Source: Pristiophorus japonicus (Eukaryota). Taken from it: a stretch of 64,000 nucleotides of DNA. Below are positions 51,195 to 64,000 of this stretch, piece after piece. Position numbers and translations under genes: made by a program. Location of the stretch: positions 162,502,001-162,566,000 of the forward strand of contig NC_091979.1 in the NCBI RefSeq assembly GCF_044704955.1. Direction: 5' to 3'. Position 1 is the first letter of the stretch; each line of letters starts with the position of its first letter. The notes under the pieces were generated by a model, which was not told the DNA's origin, ran no database searches, and worked only from the letters and a program-made list of their open reading frames with translations.

Positions 51195-52555
51195 GCCTCC
51201 ACACCCCTCATCTCCAACAACATGTGCGAGGAGCTCATGGACTGCCTTGACACTAAAATTGAAGAGATAGGTTCAGTTTTACTGCCGCTTCCGTCCCTCC
51301 CCCAGCCCACTGTCCAAACTTTGACTGCAGTTCCCCTGCCCTAGCCCTTAACTCATATTTTCTCGAGTTTTTCTCCTGTCTCCCCTCATGCCCGCTCCAT
51401 GCTCATCTTTCCCATGTGACCCACTTACAGCTCACTTGACCCAATACCAACAAACTGCTGACCACCCAACTTCCCTTCCTGGCTTTATGTCGGCTGATAT
51501 TGTTAATGATTCTCTCTCCTCAAGTACTGCCTGCTCCCATTCAAATCTGCTATCATCATCCCCCTCTTCAAACAACCATCCCTGACCCCTCTGCTAATGC
51601 AAACTACCACCCCACCTCTAACCTCCCTTTCCTCTCCAAAGTCTTTGAATGTGCTGTCGCTTCCCAAATCCGTGACCAAATTTCCTGGAAGTCCATGTTT
51701 GAATCCCTCTAATCAGGTTTTCACCCTGGCACAGGACTGAAACGGCCCTTATCAAAGTCACAAATGACATTCTATGTAACTCTGACCATGGTAATCTGTC
51801 CCTCCTCATCCTCCTCACCCTGTCTGCAGCCTCTGACACGGTTGACCACACCATCCTCCTGAAATGCCTCTCCTCCATTATCCAGTTGGGTGGGGCTTCA
51901 TTCACCTGCTTCCATTCGTATCTATCCAGTCATAGCCAGAGAATTACATTCAATGGTTTCTCTTCCTGCCCCACACCATTACCTGTGGTTACGCGCAATG
52001 ATCTATCCTTGGCCTCCCTCTATTTCTCATCTACGTTGTACCCCTCAACGACATCTTGCAAAACATCAGGTTCCACATGTATTCTGATGATAACCAATTC
52101 TACCTCACCACCACCACTCTTGACTCATCCACTATCTCTAATTTGTCACATTGCTTGTCCAACATCCAGTACTGGATGAGCAGAAATTTCCTTCAACTAA
52201 CTATTGTGAAGACGAAAGCCAACGTCTTCAGTCCCCGCCACACTCCATTCCCTCACCACCGACTCCGTCCCTTTATCTTGCAACCGTCTGAGGGTAAACC
52301 GTCAGTTTGCAACATTTGTGGCCATGCCTTCAGTTGTCCAGGCCCTAATGCCTGGAAGTCCCTCCTTAAATCTTTCCACCTCTCTCCCTCACTTTCCTTC
52401 TTTTTGACACTCCTTAAAATCTTCCTCTTTGACCAAGCTTTTGGTGATATCACCTAATATTTCCTTATGTGGCTTGACGTGAAATGTTGTTTGATAGCGC
52501 TCGAGTGAAACACCTTGGTACATTTTACTATGTTAATTGAACTATATAAATACCA
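51195..52555 (+). mobile_element. L2 LINE fragment (spacer 7)
   Basis: Paralogous; retains the CEELMD segment missing in spacers 1-6. Confidence 0.85.
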
Positions 52556-53607
52556 ACCTTCACCGTCTCCAGACCAGATCCAAAACCACCGTAACCTCTG
52601 TCGTCGAGCTACAGTAACGCAGACGACGCCTGTGTCTGCTAACACACAGAGGTTGAACTCCACTAAACGTATTTACTGAAGCGGACAAAAGCATGGGCCT
52701 TGCGCAAAACATCAGTAAGACAAAGATCCTCTGCCAGCCCGTCCTCACAGCATAGCAGTGCCACCCAGTCATCAAGTTCCATGGCGGAGCCCTGGACAAT
52801 ATGGAAACCTTCCCTTATCTCGGGCACCTCCTATCAACAACAGCAGGCATTGATGACGAGATCCAACACCGCCTCCAATGCGCCAGTGCAGCCTTTGGCC
52901 GCCTGTGTTAAAGAAAGTTTGAAGATCAGGCCCTCAAAACTGTCACCAAGCTCATGGTCTATAGGGCTGTAGTAATACCCGCCCTTCTGAATGGCTCAAA
53001 AACATGGACCATGTACAGTAGGCACCTCAAGTCGCTGGAGAAATACCACCAATGATGTCTCCGCAAGATCCTATAAATCCCCTGGAAGGACAGATGCACC
53101 AACGTTAGCGTCCTCGACCAGGCCAGCATCCCCAGCATTAACGCACTGACCACACGTGATCCGCTTCGCTGGGCAGGCCACATAGTTCGCATGACAGACA
53201 CGAGACTTCCAAAGCAAGCGCTCAGCTCGGAACTCCTTCACGGCAAACGAGCAAAAGGTGAGCAGCGAAAACGTTACAAGGACACCCTCAAAGCGTCCCT
53301 GATAAAGTCCAACATCCCAACTGACACCTGGGAGGCCCTGGCCAATGACTTGCCCTAAGTAGAGGAAGTGCATCCGGAAAGCCGCTGAGCTCCTCGAGTC
53401 TCGTCACCGAGAGCATGCAGAAATCAAGTGCAGGCAGCGAAAAGAGTGTGCGGCAAACCAGTCCCACCCACCCCTTCCCTCAGCGACTATTTGTCCCACT
53501 TGTGACAGAGACTGTGGTTCTCATATTGTTCTGTACAGCAACCTAAGAACTCATGTTAAGAGTGCAAGCAAGTCTTCCTCAATTCCGAGGGATTGCCTAT
53601 GATGATG
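52556..53607 (+). mobile_element. RTE LINE fragment (spacer 7) with intact TSD
   Basis: ATAAATACCA at 52546-52555 and 53608-53617. Confidence 0.9.
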
Positions 53608-55337
53608 ATAAATACCAGTTGTTGTTGTTGTGTAACTGCCTAGTTCTTCTTGCAAATGGCCAAGGTAAAGACATACATAGTGAGAGCATCTCGCATTGAT
53701 TGTACACAGCTGTTTGAGTTTAGTTTCCAGATTGTGCCAGTGCTCCCTCTCAAAATCCTTCAGACAATGATGTCATGGCAGGCATCAATCTGCTGATACT
53801 ATTTCCTTCACGTGCAGCCAACTTGTGGGGGCTGTTTATCAACATTAATTACACACCATGTCTTTCAAACCGAGTCTTGCATATAAATGTACTGCACCCT
53901 TTTTTGTTTTAACTGTCAGGACAATTAATAGGAATATTAGAATAGGTAAGAGAACAATCGAAAGTTAACGTGCTGAAAACGGAAATAGGAATCGAAAGTA
54001 GCTTTTAGCTGTGTTTATCCTGAGGGCAAAGGTTAAAGGCATGATAGGTATCTAGGTCCCCTTGGAAAAAGAGGTTGGTAAAGGATGAGGAAATAATAAA
54101 TTTTAGCCAAACCTTATGTGATCGGACACCGTTCTCCCATCTCTAGCCTCTATGCTCTCTAATATTCTGGTACTATCTTTCTCATGTAACTGAGGTTGGC
54201 TGAATACTGTGGAGTGTTGCTTGATCATCATTCGGAAGTACGGAGTGTTTATGCAGAAATTTGCCTCAGAATAATCAAGAGTTTGGATTAGCTTGTACAG
54301 AGTCTGTGGAAGGAATGGGTTTGATCATCCACATGGACTCTTCTCTTTTCGTGTTTTTCATGCTCTCAATGTTTGGCAAGAAGAGACACTGCTTTATTAT
54401 TGTATTTATTTATGTACTTGGGCTGCATATGAATTATGGCCCGAACGGTGACTAGTGGATAACTTTCTCCAGGTCTAACAGAGATCCAAAATATCGCTGT
54501 AATTTCCCAAACATCACTCTACCTTTCCAAAGATCACTGTACTTTCCCATAGAACATTACATGTTCACAGAAAACACTGTATATTCCCAGAGTTCACTGT
54601 ATTTTCCCAGAGAAAAATCTATATATCCCAGACATCACAGTATTTATCTAGAGAATACTGTACATTCCCAGGAAAACTGTACATTCCCAGAAAGCAGTGT
54701 ATTTTCCTAGAGATCATTGCATTCCCACAGTTCACTGCATTTCCCCACAGTTCACTGTATTTTCCCAGAGAACACTGGCATGTCCTGTTAATTGAGGAAC
54801 AGCCCAGTTTTGTTTTGTGCTCCCTTCCAGCAGCGCAACTTGGATTGGGAACAAGGCTGAGGATTGTAGCTGTGATAATTTGGCACCAAACCTCTGCTGG
54901 ATTAACGCATAAATCGTGAAGCTTATATGAATTGGAAAAAGTAGAAAAATTTCTAAAAATAGATAAGACATTTATTATTGTTCCTTGTTCATGTCACTGA
55001 CCTGAGGATGGTCACATCAACACAGATTATGAGACTTTTATTAAAAATATGACTGAGGTTGCAATCCCAGAAGGATCCAATTGCAGTGTCGAGATTGATT
55101 TGGTGAATAATGTAAATGTGCACGTTACCCAACCAAGCACAATAACAGAACCTCCTGTGCTTCATAGATTAGGGGTGAAAACTCAACATGAGACTCGAAC
55201 TTAGAGATTTTCATGAGATTTCTGTTGATTGCCACACAAAACAAAAATAAATCAATGAAGATGTCGGTAAAGTTGAGGATATTTTATTATTTTCAAGAAT
55301 ATTCCAGTCAGAAAATATCGTGTTTTACAAGAATAAT

Positions 55338-56517
55338 CTAGAAGTCCCTCATGCGCCTGAAAGATCCGACAGTTGAGTTGTAGCCGCCCCAGTCACTGAA
55401 TCTCCTGTATTCACCGGGTCTCATGAAGTACTGTCGGCCTCTGTAGTTGGGCTGTTCATAGAAGTTCCAGTAACCGTCCATCACATGGCAGGAGTGAATG
55501 TCACGGTAACGGAAACGATCGTAGACAGATGGACAGTCATCCATGAATTCCATCATCTGTCCTCCAAAATCAGGCCTCTCGTAAATCTTCATTCTGTAAT
55601 TTCCACCTCGGTACTGGAATGGAAATACAATCATTAGTTTGATGAAGCTATAAATCTTGAGTATTTGGAAAAACAGCCTCCTGCTGAGAAGGAAGCAGAT
55701 GATGTTTGTGAACAGCAATAGACAGTTCAGTAACATGTATTGGATGAGCTGATCAGATGCTAACTGACATCACCATGTGGTTCTTGTGTAAATTGTTACA
55801 GAATGCCAGAGAAATGTACCAGAAAATTCAGGACTGATTCTTGTAATAAAGAGCTCTCTGGTTGGGAACGATTTTACAAAAGGCTCCATATGATGATGTT
55901 ATTAACGAGGGACATTTCAAAACTTCTCTTGATCCAGTTGACTATATTCGTGGCTTATTACTAGAGTGCTGCTCCTTTGTAATTTGACAGTGACATTTTA
56001 TAACAGCAAATTTGGACTGATTCTACTTGACCCATAGAGAGAGGAGATTACTTCATGTCAGTAAAAGTTTGATTGAAGTGTTGTTTGAACTGAGGTTTCA
56101 GTAAGAGTGATACTTGAGGCAGGTTTCCCTTTGTTTAATTTGTTAAACATCAAATGATAACTTACATATGGATAGGTACGACATGACCTGATGTTGTCAT
56201 TGAATCCCATCCAGCGCTGGTAGTCAGGATATTCTCCCCTGCTCAGAGCATACTGGTATCCCATGTAATTGGGTCTCTCATACACCACCCACCAGTCACT
56301 CTCCACACGGATGGAGTTACAGCGGCTGAAGTAAGGGGACAGGTCATTACAGTCAGAATTGCACTCGTAGTGCCGACCCTGGAAGTTCCTGTCCTCGTAA
56401 AAGATGATCTGTGGAAAGATAAAGGTTTGGAAATTAATCATTTCTCAAAACGATGAGATACTGAATGTAGAATTCTAATACAATGTGTAATATCTGAGAT
56501 GTCCTTGCCTTTCCCAT
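55338..56517 (-). CDS. cryg: Gamma-crystallin copy 8; exons 56509-56517, 56166-56408, 55338-55613
   Basis: Intact; variants CNSDCND, QYALS, RMKIY. Confidence 0.97.
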
Positions 56518-57074
56518 TTTGAGCTCACAGTTAGCTTCGTAACTGACTGAATGTTTCACTGCTTCACACAGCTTGGTATTTATACACTGGGCAGAAAGGC
56601 CTCTCTGGGCTGTACTTTTGTTATTCTAATGGTTCAGGACTGAAAATCAGCAAAAATGAATACACATGTTACATTCATTGTCGACAAACATTCGAAAGTC
56701 TCCTGATGTGTCATTGATTCTTTCCCTTTTGCCGTCATGTCACTTTAATTGTTGTTTGAAAATAGCAGTTCTGGCATAGTCACTGCTTGAAAATGACACC
56801 GTTCTGTTTCACATAGTTTGGTGTTTGCCTCCTCACCCCTTATCTCCAACAACATGAGCGAGCAGCTCATGGATTTCTTCGTCACTAAAATTGAAGACAG
56901 AGGTACAGCTGTATGTTCCACTTCCCTCCGTCCCCTAGCCCACCAGGCCAAACTTCGACGAAGGTACCTGCCTTCCCTCGCCCTGAACTCGCATTTTCTC
57001 TAGTTTCTCTCCTCTCTCCCCTCATGCCTTCTCCAAGATCATCCTAGTCCATATGACCCACTTACAGCTCCCTT

Positions 57075-58062
57075 TCATCATCATCGGCAGTCCCTCGAAA
57101 GTGACAACGACTTGCTTCCACTCTCGAAGTGAGTCCTCAGGTGACTGTCTAGTCAAATATGTGAATTACAGTCTCTGTTACAGGTGGGACAGACAGTCAT
57201 TGAAGGATGGGACGGACTGGTTTGCTGCACTCTCCTTCCACTTCCGACGATTGTTTTCTGCATGCTCTTGGCGATGAGACTCAGGCTGCTCAGCGCCCTC
57301 TCGGATACTCTTCCTCCGCTTAGGGCGGTCTTTGGCCAAGGATTCCCAGGTGTCGATGGGAATGTTGCACTTTATCAAGGAGGCTTTGAGGGTGCTCTTG
57401 AAATGTTCCCTCTGCCCACCTGGGACTCGCTTGTCATGTAGGAGTTTTACGTCGCGTGCATGCGTTGGGAGTCTTGTGTCAGGCATGCGGACAATGTGGC
57501 CTGCCCAACGGAACTTGTCAAGTATGGTCAGTGTTTTGATGCTGGGGATGTTGGGCTGGTCAAGGACATTGATGTTGGTGCATCTATCCTCCCAGGGGAT
57601 TGGCAGGATCTTGCAGAGACATCGTTGGTGGGATTTCTCCAGTGATTTGAGGTGTCTACTGTATATGGTCCACGTCTTTGAGTCATACAGGAGGCCGGGT
57701 ATCACTGCAGCCCTGTAGACCATGAGCTTGGTGCCAGATTTGAGGGCCTGATCTTCGAACAATCTCTTCCTCAGGCGACCAAAGGCTGTGTTGGTGCACT
57801 GGAGTCAGTGTTGGACCTCGTCATTGATGTCCACCCTTGCTGATAGTAGGCTTCCGAGGTATGGAAAGTGGTCCACGTTGTCCAAGGCCGCACCATGGAT
57901 TTTGATAACCGTGAGGCAGTGCTGTGTGGCTGGGTCAGGTTGGTGGAGGACCTTTGCTTGATGGACATGTAGTGTAAGGCCCATGGTTTCGTATGCCTCG
58001 GTGAAGATGTTGACGATGGCTTGGAGTTCAGCCTCTGAATGTGCTCAGATGCAAGCGTCATC
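57075..58062 (-). mobile_element. RTE-clade LINE 3' fragment, independent insertion marking the right edge of the array
   Basis: (TCA)n tail at 57075; ORF 57178-57762 TKLMVYRAAVIPGLLY...RWAGHIVRMPDTRLP. Confidence 0.92.
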
Positions 58063-58627
58063 CCGGAGCTCCCTTTAAACGTTAGATTACTCACACACTC
58101 AGTTGTAGTAATGCAGGGTCAGGTCTTTATTGAAACTTCATACCAAACAAATCACTATGAAAGCTCCTGAGACACACACTTTACAAAACCAGTGTATCCT
58201 ATTAAAACAGTGTTCGCTTACATCCCTTATACTAACTCAAGTCTTTGATCACGACATTCCGTGCATACTATCAAGCAATCATGGTACATCAATGGTACAT
58301 ACAAATACTAACAGAATGACAATGTGAACTAAATAATCGCCATCCAACTCTTCTGAAATTGCTTTATTGCTGCAATCAATTCTTGCCATACATTTTATTG
58401 CTATAACACACAGGTGACCAAATTGACACATTTGACTATGGCTGAATGACTCTCACACCTTCTAGCATCTTCTTTCCTGTGGAGGCATCCTCTGCTTTGA
58501 TCTCTGACCCAATTAATTCACAATCCATGCTCATCAGAAAGCTGCTTGAACCTTTAACCCAGCATGTGTTGTTCTCAAAGTCTGCACAAAAGCGAGGTAT
58601 TCAGGTTTACAAACTTTTGCTTCCACA

Positions 58628-59138
58628 GCTGCCATGACTCTTTCATCCTTCACCAGTCCAGCTTCCCTCAGCTCTTAGCTCCTCCAACAGAAGTTCTGGC
58701 TGGCTGCTTGGAGACCAGGGCTATCCACTAATGACGTGGCTCATGACACCCTTGAGGAGGCCAAGTACTGAGGCCTCGAAGAGATTTAATGAAAGCCTCA
58801 TTTCCATCAGATGTGTCATTGAGCAGACAATAGGCATGCTGAAAATGCACTTCAGATGCCTTGACAGACCTGGAGTAGCCCTTCAGTGCACACCAGCCCG
58901 GGTCTCCAGAATCGTTGTGGTCTGCTGCATCCTGCACAACATAGCGCAGCAGCGAGGATTAGTGCTGCATGAGGAGCAAGGCACTGAGCACGCAGATTCG
59001 TCAGAGGAGGTGGAGCAGTGGCTAGTATACGAGGAGGAGCAGGAACAGGAGGAAACAGTGGTCCAGATACCACCAGTACACGAGCAAATTGCTGCCCAGG
59101 AGGCCAGGGATGGGGAAATTATGGCCAGATTTACTTAA
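58628..59138 (+). pseudogene. Harbinger transposase (HARBI1-like) C-terminal half
   Basis: [49 protein letters not shown], acidic tail. Confidence 0.92.
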
Positions 59139-59976
59139 CTTTATTCAGTACACCCATATGGCTGCCAGATGCTGTGACAAGTTGTCACCAACCCACAGCA
59201 ACATCAAAAAGCATCTCCACAGTAACCAATCCATCCCTTTCACACTGACCACCATTGCTGGAGGTAATGTTATGTCTGACCATTCACTCCAAAGCACCAA
59301 GACACTTTAAAGGTGCAAACAAATTTGTCCAAGACCAGAAAGTGGTGAAAATATGATTTTTAGTTGTGACATACTAATGGAAACTTTACAGAAACATTGA
59401 ATAAAACACTCAAGTGGCTACCCTTGTCAATCTACTTGTGTGTCATATTTCTCTTACACATGCTTCTACAAGGTGCTATCCCTGTGACTTCAGCAGAGGT
59501 AGAGGCAGAGACAACCTACTCACCTCCCTGCTGCAACAGCTTAGACACTCATGGCGGATGACCTCGGGGTTTAGGAGTCTGTGATGGCCTTACCAAAGTC
59601 TACTCCTCCTGTGACTGTGCAGGGGCAGACTCGGCCATCGCGATCCAAGGAGGCATCTGGGGCTCTGACTGAGGGAGAGGCAACGGGCCAGAAGTGTAAA
59701 CGCTTTGAGAGGAGCCCCCACTTCCATTTCCATTTTCTTACCATTATCTCTCTCATGGGCCCCCAAAACTTCCCTACTAGCAAGGAGCTGGAGAGCACCT
59801 TGCTTCAGATAAATAGGGACATGAGGACCCATGTCTATGTTGATGTGCCTTCTAGAGAGGGGGTCTATGCTCCTCTGCCATCTAGTTTCCATAGATAGCC
59901 ATCTATCCTCCATAGACAGCTATCTATTATCTGCAGATAACTATCTATTCTCCATAGAGACTATGTGCTACTGCGA

Positions 59977-62900
59977 TTGTCGTGGTGCACATTGGTACCA
60001 ACGACATAGGTAAAAAAAGGGATGAGGTCCTAGAAACGAATTTAAGGAGCTAGGAGCGAAATTAAAAAGTAGGACCTCAAAAGTAGTAATCTCGGGATTG
60101 CTACCAGTGCCACGTGCTAGTCAGAGTAGGAATCGCAGGATAGTGCAGATGAATACGTGGCTTGAGCAGTGGTGCAGCAGGGAGGGTTTCAAATTCGTGA
60201 GGCATTGGAACCGGTTCTGGGGGAGGTGGGACCAGTACAAACCAGACGGGGTCTGCACCTGGGCAGGACCGGAACCCCAATGTCCTAGGGGGAGTGTTTG
60301 CTAGTGCTGTTGGGGAGGAGTAAAACTAATATGGCAGGGGGATGGGAACCAATGCAGGGAGACAGAGGGAAACAAAAAGGAGACAAAAGCAAAGGACAGA
60401 AAGGAGATGAGTAAAAGTGGAGGGCAGAGAAACCCAAGGCAAAGAACAAAAAGGGCCACTGTACAGCAAAATTCTAAAAGGACAAAGGGTGTTAAAAAAA
60501 CAAGCCTGAAGGCTTTGTGTCTTAATGCAAGGAGTATCCGTAATAAGGTGGATGAATTAACTGTGCAAATAGATGTTAACAAATATGATGTGATTGGAAT
60601 TACAGAGACCTGGCTCCAGGATGATCAGGGCTGGGAACTCAACATCCAGGGGTATTCAACATTCAGGAAGGATAGAATAAAAGGAAAAGGAAGTGGGGTA
60701 GCATTGCTGGTTAAGGAGGAGATTAATGCAATAGTTAGGAAGGACATTAGCTTGGATGATGTGGAATCTATATGGGTAGAGCTGCAGAACACCAAAGGGC
60801 AAAAAACGTTAGTGGGAGTTGTGTACAGACCTCCAAACAGTAGTAGTGATGTTGGGGAGGGCATCAAACAGGAAATTAGGGGTGCATGCAATAAAGGTGC
60901 AGCAGTTATAATGGGTGACTTTAATATGCACATAGATTGGGCTAACCAAACTGGAAGCAATACGATGGAGGAGGATTTCCTGGAGTGCATAAGGGATGGT
61001 TTTCTAGACCAATATGTCGAGGAACCAACTAGGGGGGAGGCCATCTTAGACTGGGTGTTGTGTAATGAGAGAGGATTAATTAGCAATCTCGTTGTGCGAG
61101 GCCCCTTGGGGAAGAGTGACCAGAATATGGTGGAATCCTGCATTAGGATGGAGAATGAAACAGTTAATTCAGAGACCATGGTCCAGAACTTAAAGAAGGC
61201 TAACTTTGAAGGTATGAGGCGTGAATTGGCTAGGATAGATTGGCGAATGATACTTAGGGGGTTGACTGTGGATGGGCAATGGCAGACATTTAGAGACCGC
61301 ATGGATGAACTACAACAATTGTACATTCCTGTCTGGCGTAAAAATAAAAAAGGGAAGGTGGCTCAACCGTGGCTATAAAGGGAAATTAGGGATAGTATTA
61401 AAGCCAAGGAAGTGGCATACAAATTGGCTAGAAATAGCAGCGAACCCGGGGACTGGGAGAAATTTAGAACTCAGCAGAGGAGGACAAAGGGTTTGATTAG
61501 GGCAGGGAAAATGGAGTACGAGAAGAAGCTTGCAGGGAACATTAAGACGGATTGCAAAAGTTTCTATAGATATGTAAAGAGAAAAAGGTTAGTAAAGACA
61601 AATGTAGGTCCCCTGCAATCAGAATCAGGGGAAGTCATAACAGGGAACAAAGAAATGGCGGACCAATTGAACAAGTACTTTGGTTCGGTATTCACTAAGG
61701 AGGACACAAACAACCTTCCGGATATAAAAGAGGTCAGGGGGTCTATAAGGAGGAGGAACTGAAGGAAATCCTTATTCGTCGGGAAATTGTGTTGGGGAAA
61801 TTGATGGGATTGAAGGCCGATAAATCCCCAGGGCCTGATGGACTGCATCCCAGAGTACTTAAGGAGGTGGCCTTGGAAATAGCGGATGCATTGACAGTCA
61901 TTTTCCAACATTACATTGACTCTGGATCAGTTCCTATCGAGTGGAGGGTAGCCAATGTAACCCCACTTTTAAAAAAAGGAGGGAGAGAGAAAACAGGGAA
62001 TTATAGACCGGTCAGCCTGACATCGGTAGTGGGTAAAATGATGGAATCAATTATTAACACTAAGTTGGGTGGCAGTGTGAGCTGCGAGGAGGATGCTATG
62101 AGGCTGCAGAGTGACTTGGATAGGTTAGGTGAGTGGGCAAATACATGGCAGATGAAGTATAATGTGGATAAATGTGAGGTTATCCACTTTGCTGGTAAAA
62201 ACAGAGAGACAGACTATTATCTGAATGGTGACAGATTAGGAAAAGGGGAGGTGCAGCGAGACCTGGGTGTCATGGTACATCATTCATTGAAGGTTGGCAT
62301 GCAAGTACAGCAGGCGGTTAAGAAAGCAAATGGCATGTTGGCCTTAATAGCGAGGGGATTTGAGTACAGGGGCAGGGAGGTGTTGCTACAGTTGTACAGG
62401 GCCTTGGTGAGGCCACACCTGGAGTATTGTGTACAGTTTTGGTCTCCTAACCTGAGGAAGGACATTCTTGCTATTGAGGGAGTGCAGTGAAGGTTCACCA
62501 GACTGATTCCCGGGATGGCGGGACTGACCTATCAAGAAAGACTGGATCAACTGGGCTTGTATTCACTGGAGTTCAGAAGAATGAGAGGGGACCTCATAGA
62601 AACGTTTAAAATTCTGATGGGTTTAGACAGGTTAGATGTAGGAAGAATGTTCTCAATGTTGGGGAAGTCCAGAACCAGGGGTCACAGTCGAAGGATAAGG
62701 GGTAAGCCATTTAGGACCGAGATGAGGAGAAACTTCTTCACCCAGTGAGTGGTGAACCTGTGGAATTCTCTACCACAGAAAGTTGTTGAGGCCAATTCAC
62801 TAAATATATTCAAAAAGGAGTTAGATGAAGTCCTTACTACTAGGGGGATCAAGGGGTATGGCGAGAAAACAGGAATGAGGTACTGAAGTTGCATGTTCAG

Positions 62901-62985
62901 CCATGAACTCATTGAATGGCGGTGCAGGCTAGAAGGGCGAATGGCCTACTCCTGCACCTATTTTCTATGTTTCTATGTTTCTATG
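59977..62985 (+). mobile_element. 5'-truncated CR1 LINE with an internal RT deletion
   Basis: Collinear with 37111-40546; (TTTCTATG)3 tail; MMESII|NTKLGG junction at ~62057. Confidence 0.96.
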
Positions 62986-63322
62986 ATTGTTCATTAGCTG
63001 CACCATGCAGGTGGCCATCCTATCCATGGAAGAGCCTTCCGCCACCATCGCCTGTGACATTTTGGTGCTCATGTTCAAGATGGACTCCTCCATTTTTCGC
63101 ACATTTGCAGACATTGTACTCGCAAAAACTGGATGGAGATGAGTGTGATATGTGGCTCGTCAGATGGGGATGTGAGTATGTAGATAGAGAGCGAGGAATA
63201 GGTGGACATGCAAGATATGTTTATGTGAGTAAGGATGAGCAATGGCAGGTATGGGAAGGCAGAGTGATGGGGATTTGATGAGAGACACAGCAGGATGAAG
63301 TTGAATATGGCTTTGTACTCAC

Positions 63323-63561
63323 CTTTCCTGATCTAATGAGATCATTGAAATGTTTCAGTCACTGCACCCAGGTCCTCCTCACAATATCCCTGCTGTTTAC
63401 CTCCTCAGCTATTTGTAGTCGGGCTCTTTTGGTCTCTTGGGGAGATCTCTTTCACCCATTAAAAGGGAGTAATAGCTCCCTGTGTGCACTGACTCCCTCC
63501 ACAAGCATATGAAGGAATCATTGGAGAACCAGGGTGCAGCCCTCTGTCTCGATGCAGCCAT
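63323..63561 (-). pseudogene. Harbinger Myb/SANT-like domain exon (not in the ORF track)
   Basis: Manual translation: MAASRQRAAPWFSNDS/LHMLVEGVSAHRELLLPFNG*KRSPQETKRARLQIAEEVNSRDIVRRTWVQ*LKHFNDLIRSGK, then GTGAGT donor. Confidence 0.8.
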
Positions 63562-64000
63562 GTCTGGAAATATTTGCAACACTCCAATGGTGCACTGTGC
63601 ACTCCAAGATTAACTTTCAATGCAATTTGGCCATGGCTCTTTTAAATATCCGGCCTGAAAATGCATCATCGATGATGTCATCAGATCTGCATCATTTAAT
63701 AGGGGTGGGCAACGCGCAGGGGGGATAATAGGCCCCATTAACGCAAAATGGATTAGAGGAGCAGGTGAAATCAACATTGGGGTCCCGACCCGCCATGGCG
63801 ACCGAAAACACCCAGTTAACCAAAATTCTGGACATTAACTCCATTTCTGTCTGCACAGATGCTGCCTGAACTCCTGAGTGTTGTCTGCATAATGTCTTTA
63901 TATTTCAGATTAGCAGCACCCACGGTATGTTGCTTTTATTTTTTCTCCGTTAGAAGTGTTATTTTTTGACTGCAAGTTTTTTAATGAAATGCTTCCCAGA

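Larger units (their letters stand above)
10321..57074. repeat. Tandem array of ~5.6-5.7 kb units, each with one gamma-crystallin gene (8 genes, 7 full spacers)
   Basis: ATGs at 12480, 18160, 23835, 29498, 35178, 45275, 50888, 56517; spacings 5680, 5675, 5663, 5680, 10097 (with CR1), 5613, 5629; near-identical ORFs recur in the track. Confidence 0.98.
58628..63832. mobile_element. Degenerate Harbinger element with convergent transposase and Myb/SANT genes, split by a CR1
   Basis: Transposase on + (58628-59138), Myb/SANT on - (63323-63561, tail ~59.5-60.0 kb), TIR-like AAAATTCTGGAC near 63821-63832; left end not found. Confidence 0.7.

Noticed and set aside
58731-59138. Domesticated host HARBI1 or NAIF1 genes
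   Set aside because: All such sequences are partial, carry stops or frameshifts, and sit within or beside TIR-like ends

Overview
Vertebrate genomic DNA, very probably from a cartilaginous fish (shark-type gamma-crystallins plus CR1, L2, RTE and Harbinger repeats). The core (~10.3-57.1 kb) is a head-to-tail tandem array of eight minus-strand, three-exon gamma-crystallin genes (175 aa, shark gamma-S1-like) on a ~5.6-5.7 kb unit. Each spacer also carries co-duplicated dead L2 and RTE fragments, a ~21-bp minisatellite and an unexplained ORF-like relic. Seven copies look intact; copy 1 is frameshifted. All eight use a non-canonical GC donor in intron 1. One spacer is interrupted by a ~4.5 kb full-length but disabled CR1 LINE whose 5' end has five 58-bp TATA-containing monomers. 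The flanks are nested transposon debris: Harbinger elements (transposase and Myb/SANT genes), a solo LTR with a 4-bp TSD, and CR1/RTE fragments. I find no convincing wholly new biological system; the best leads are listed under findings. All coordinates were counted by hand, and repeat boundaries are approximate.
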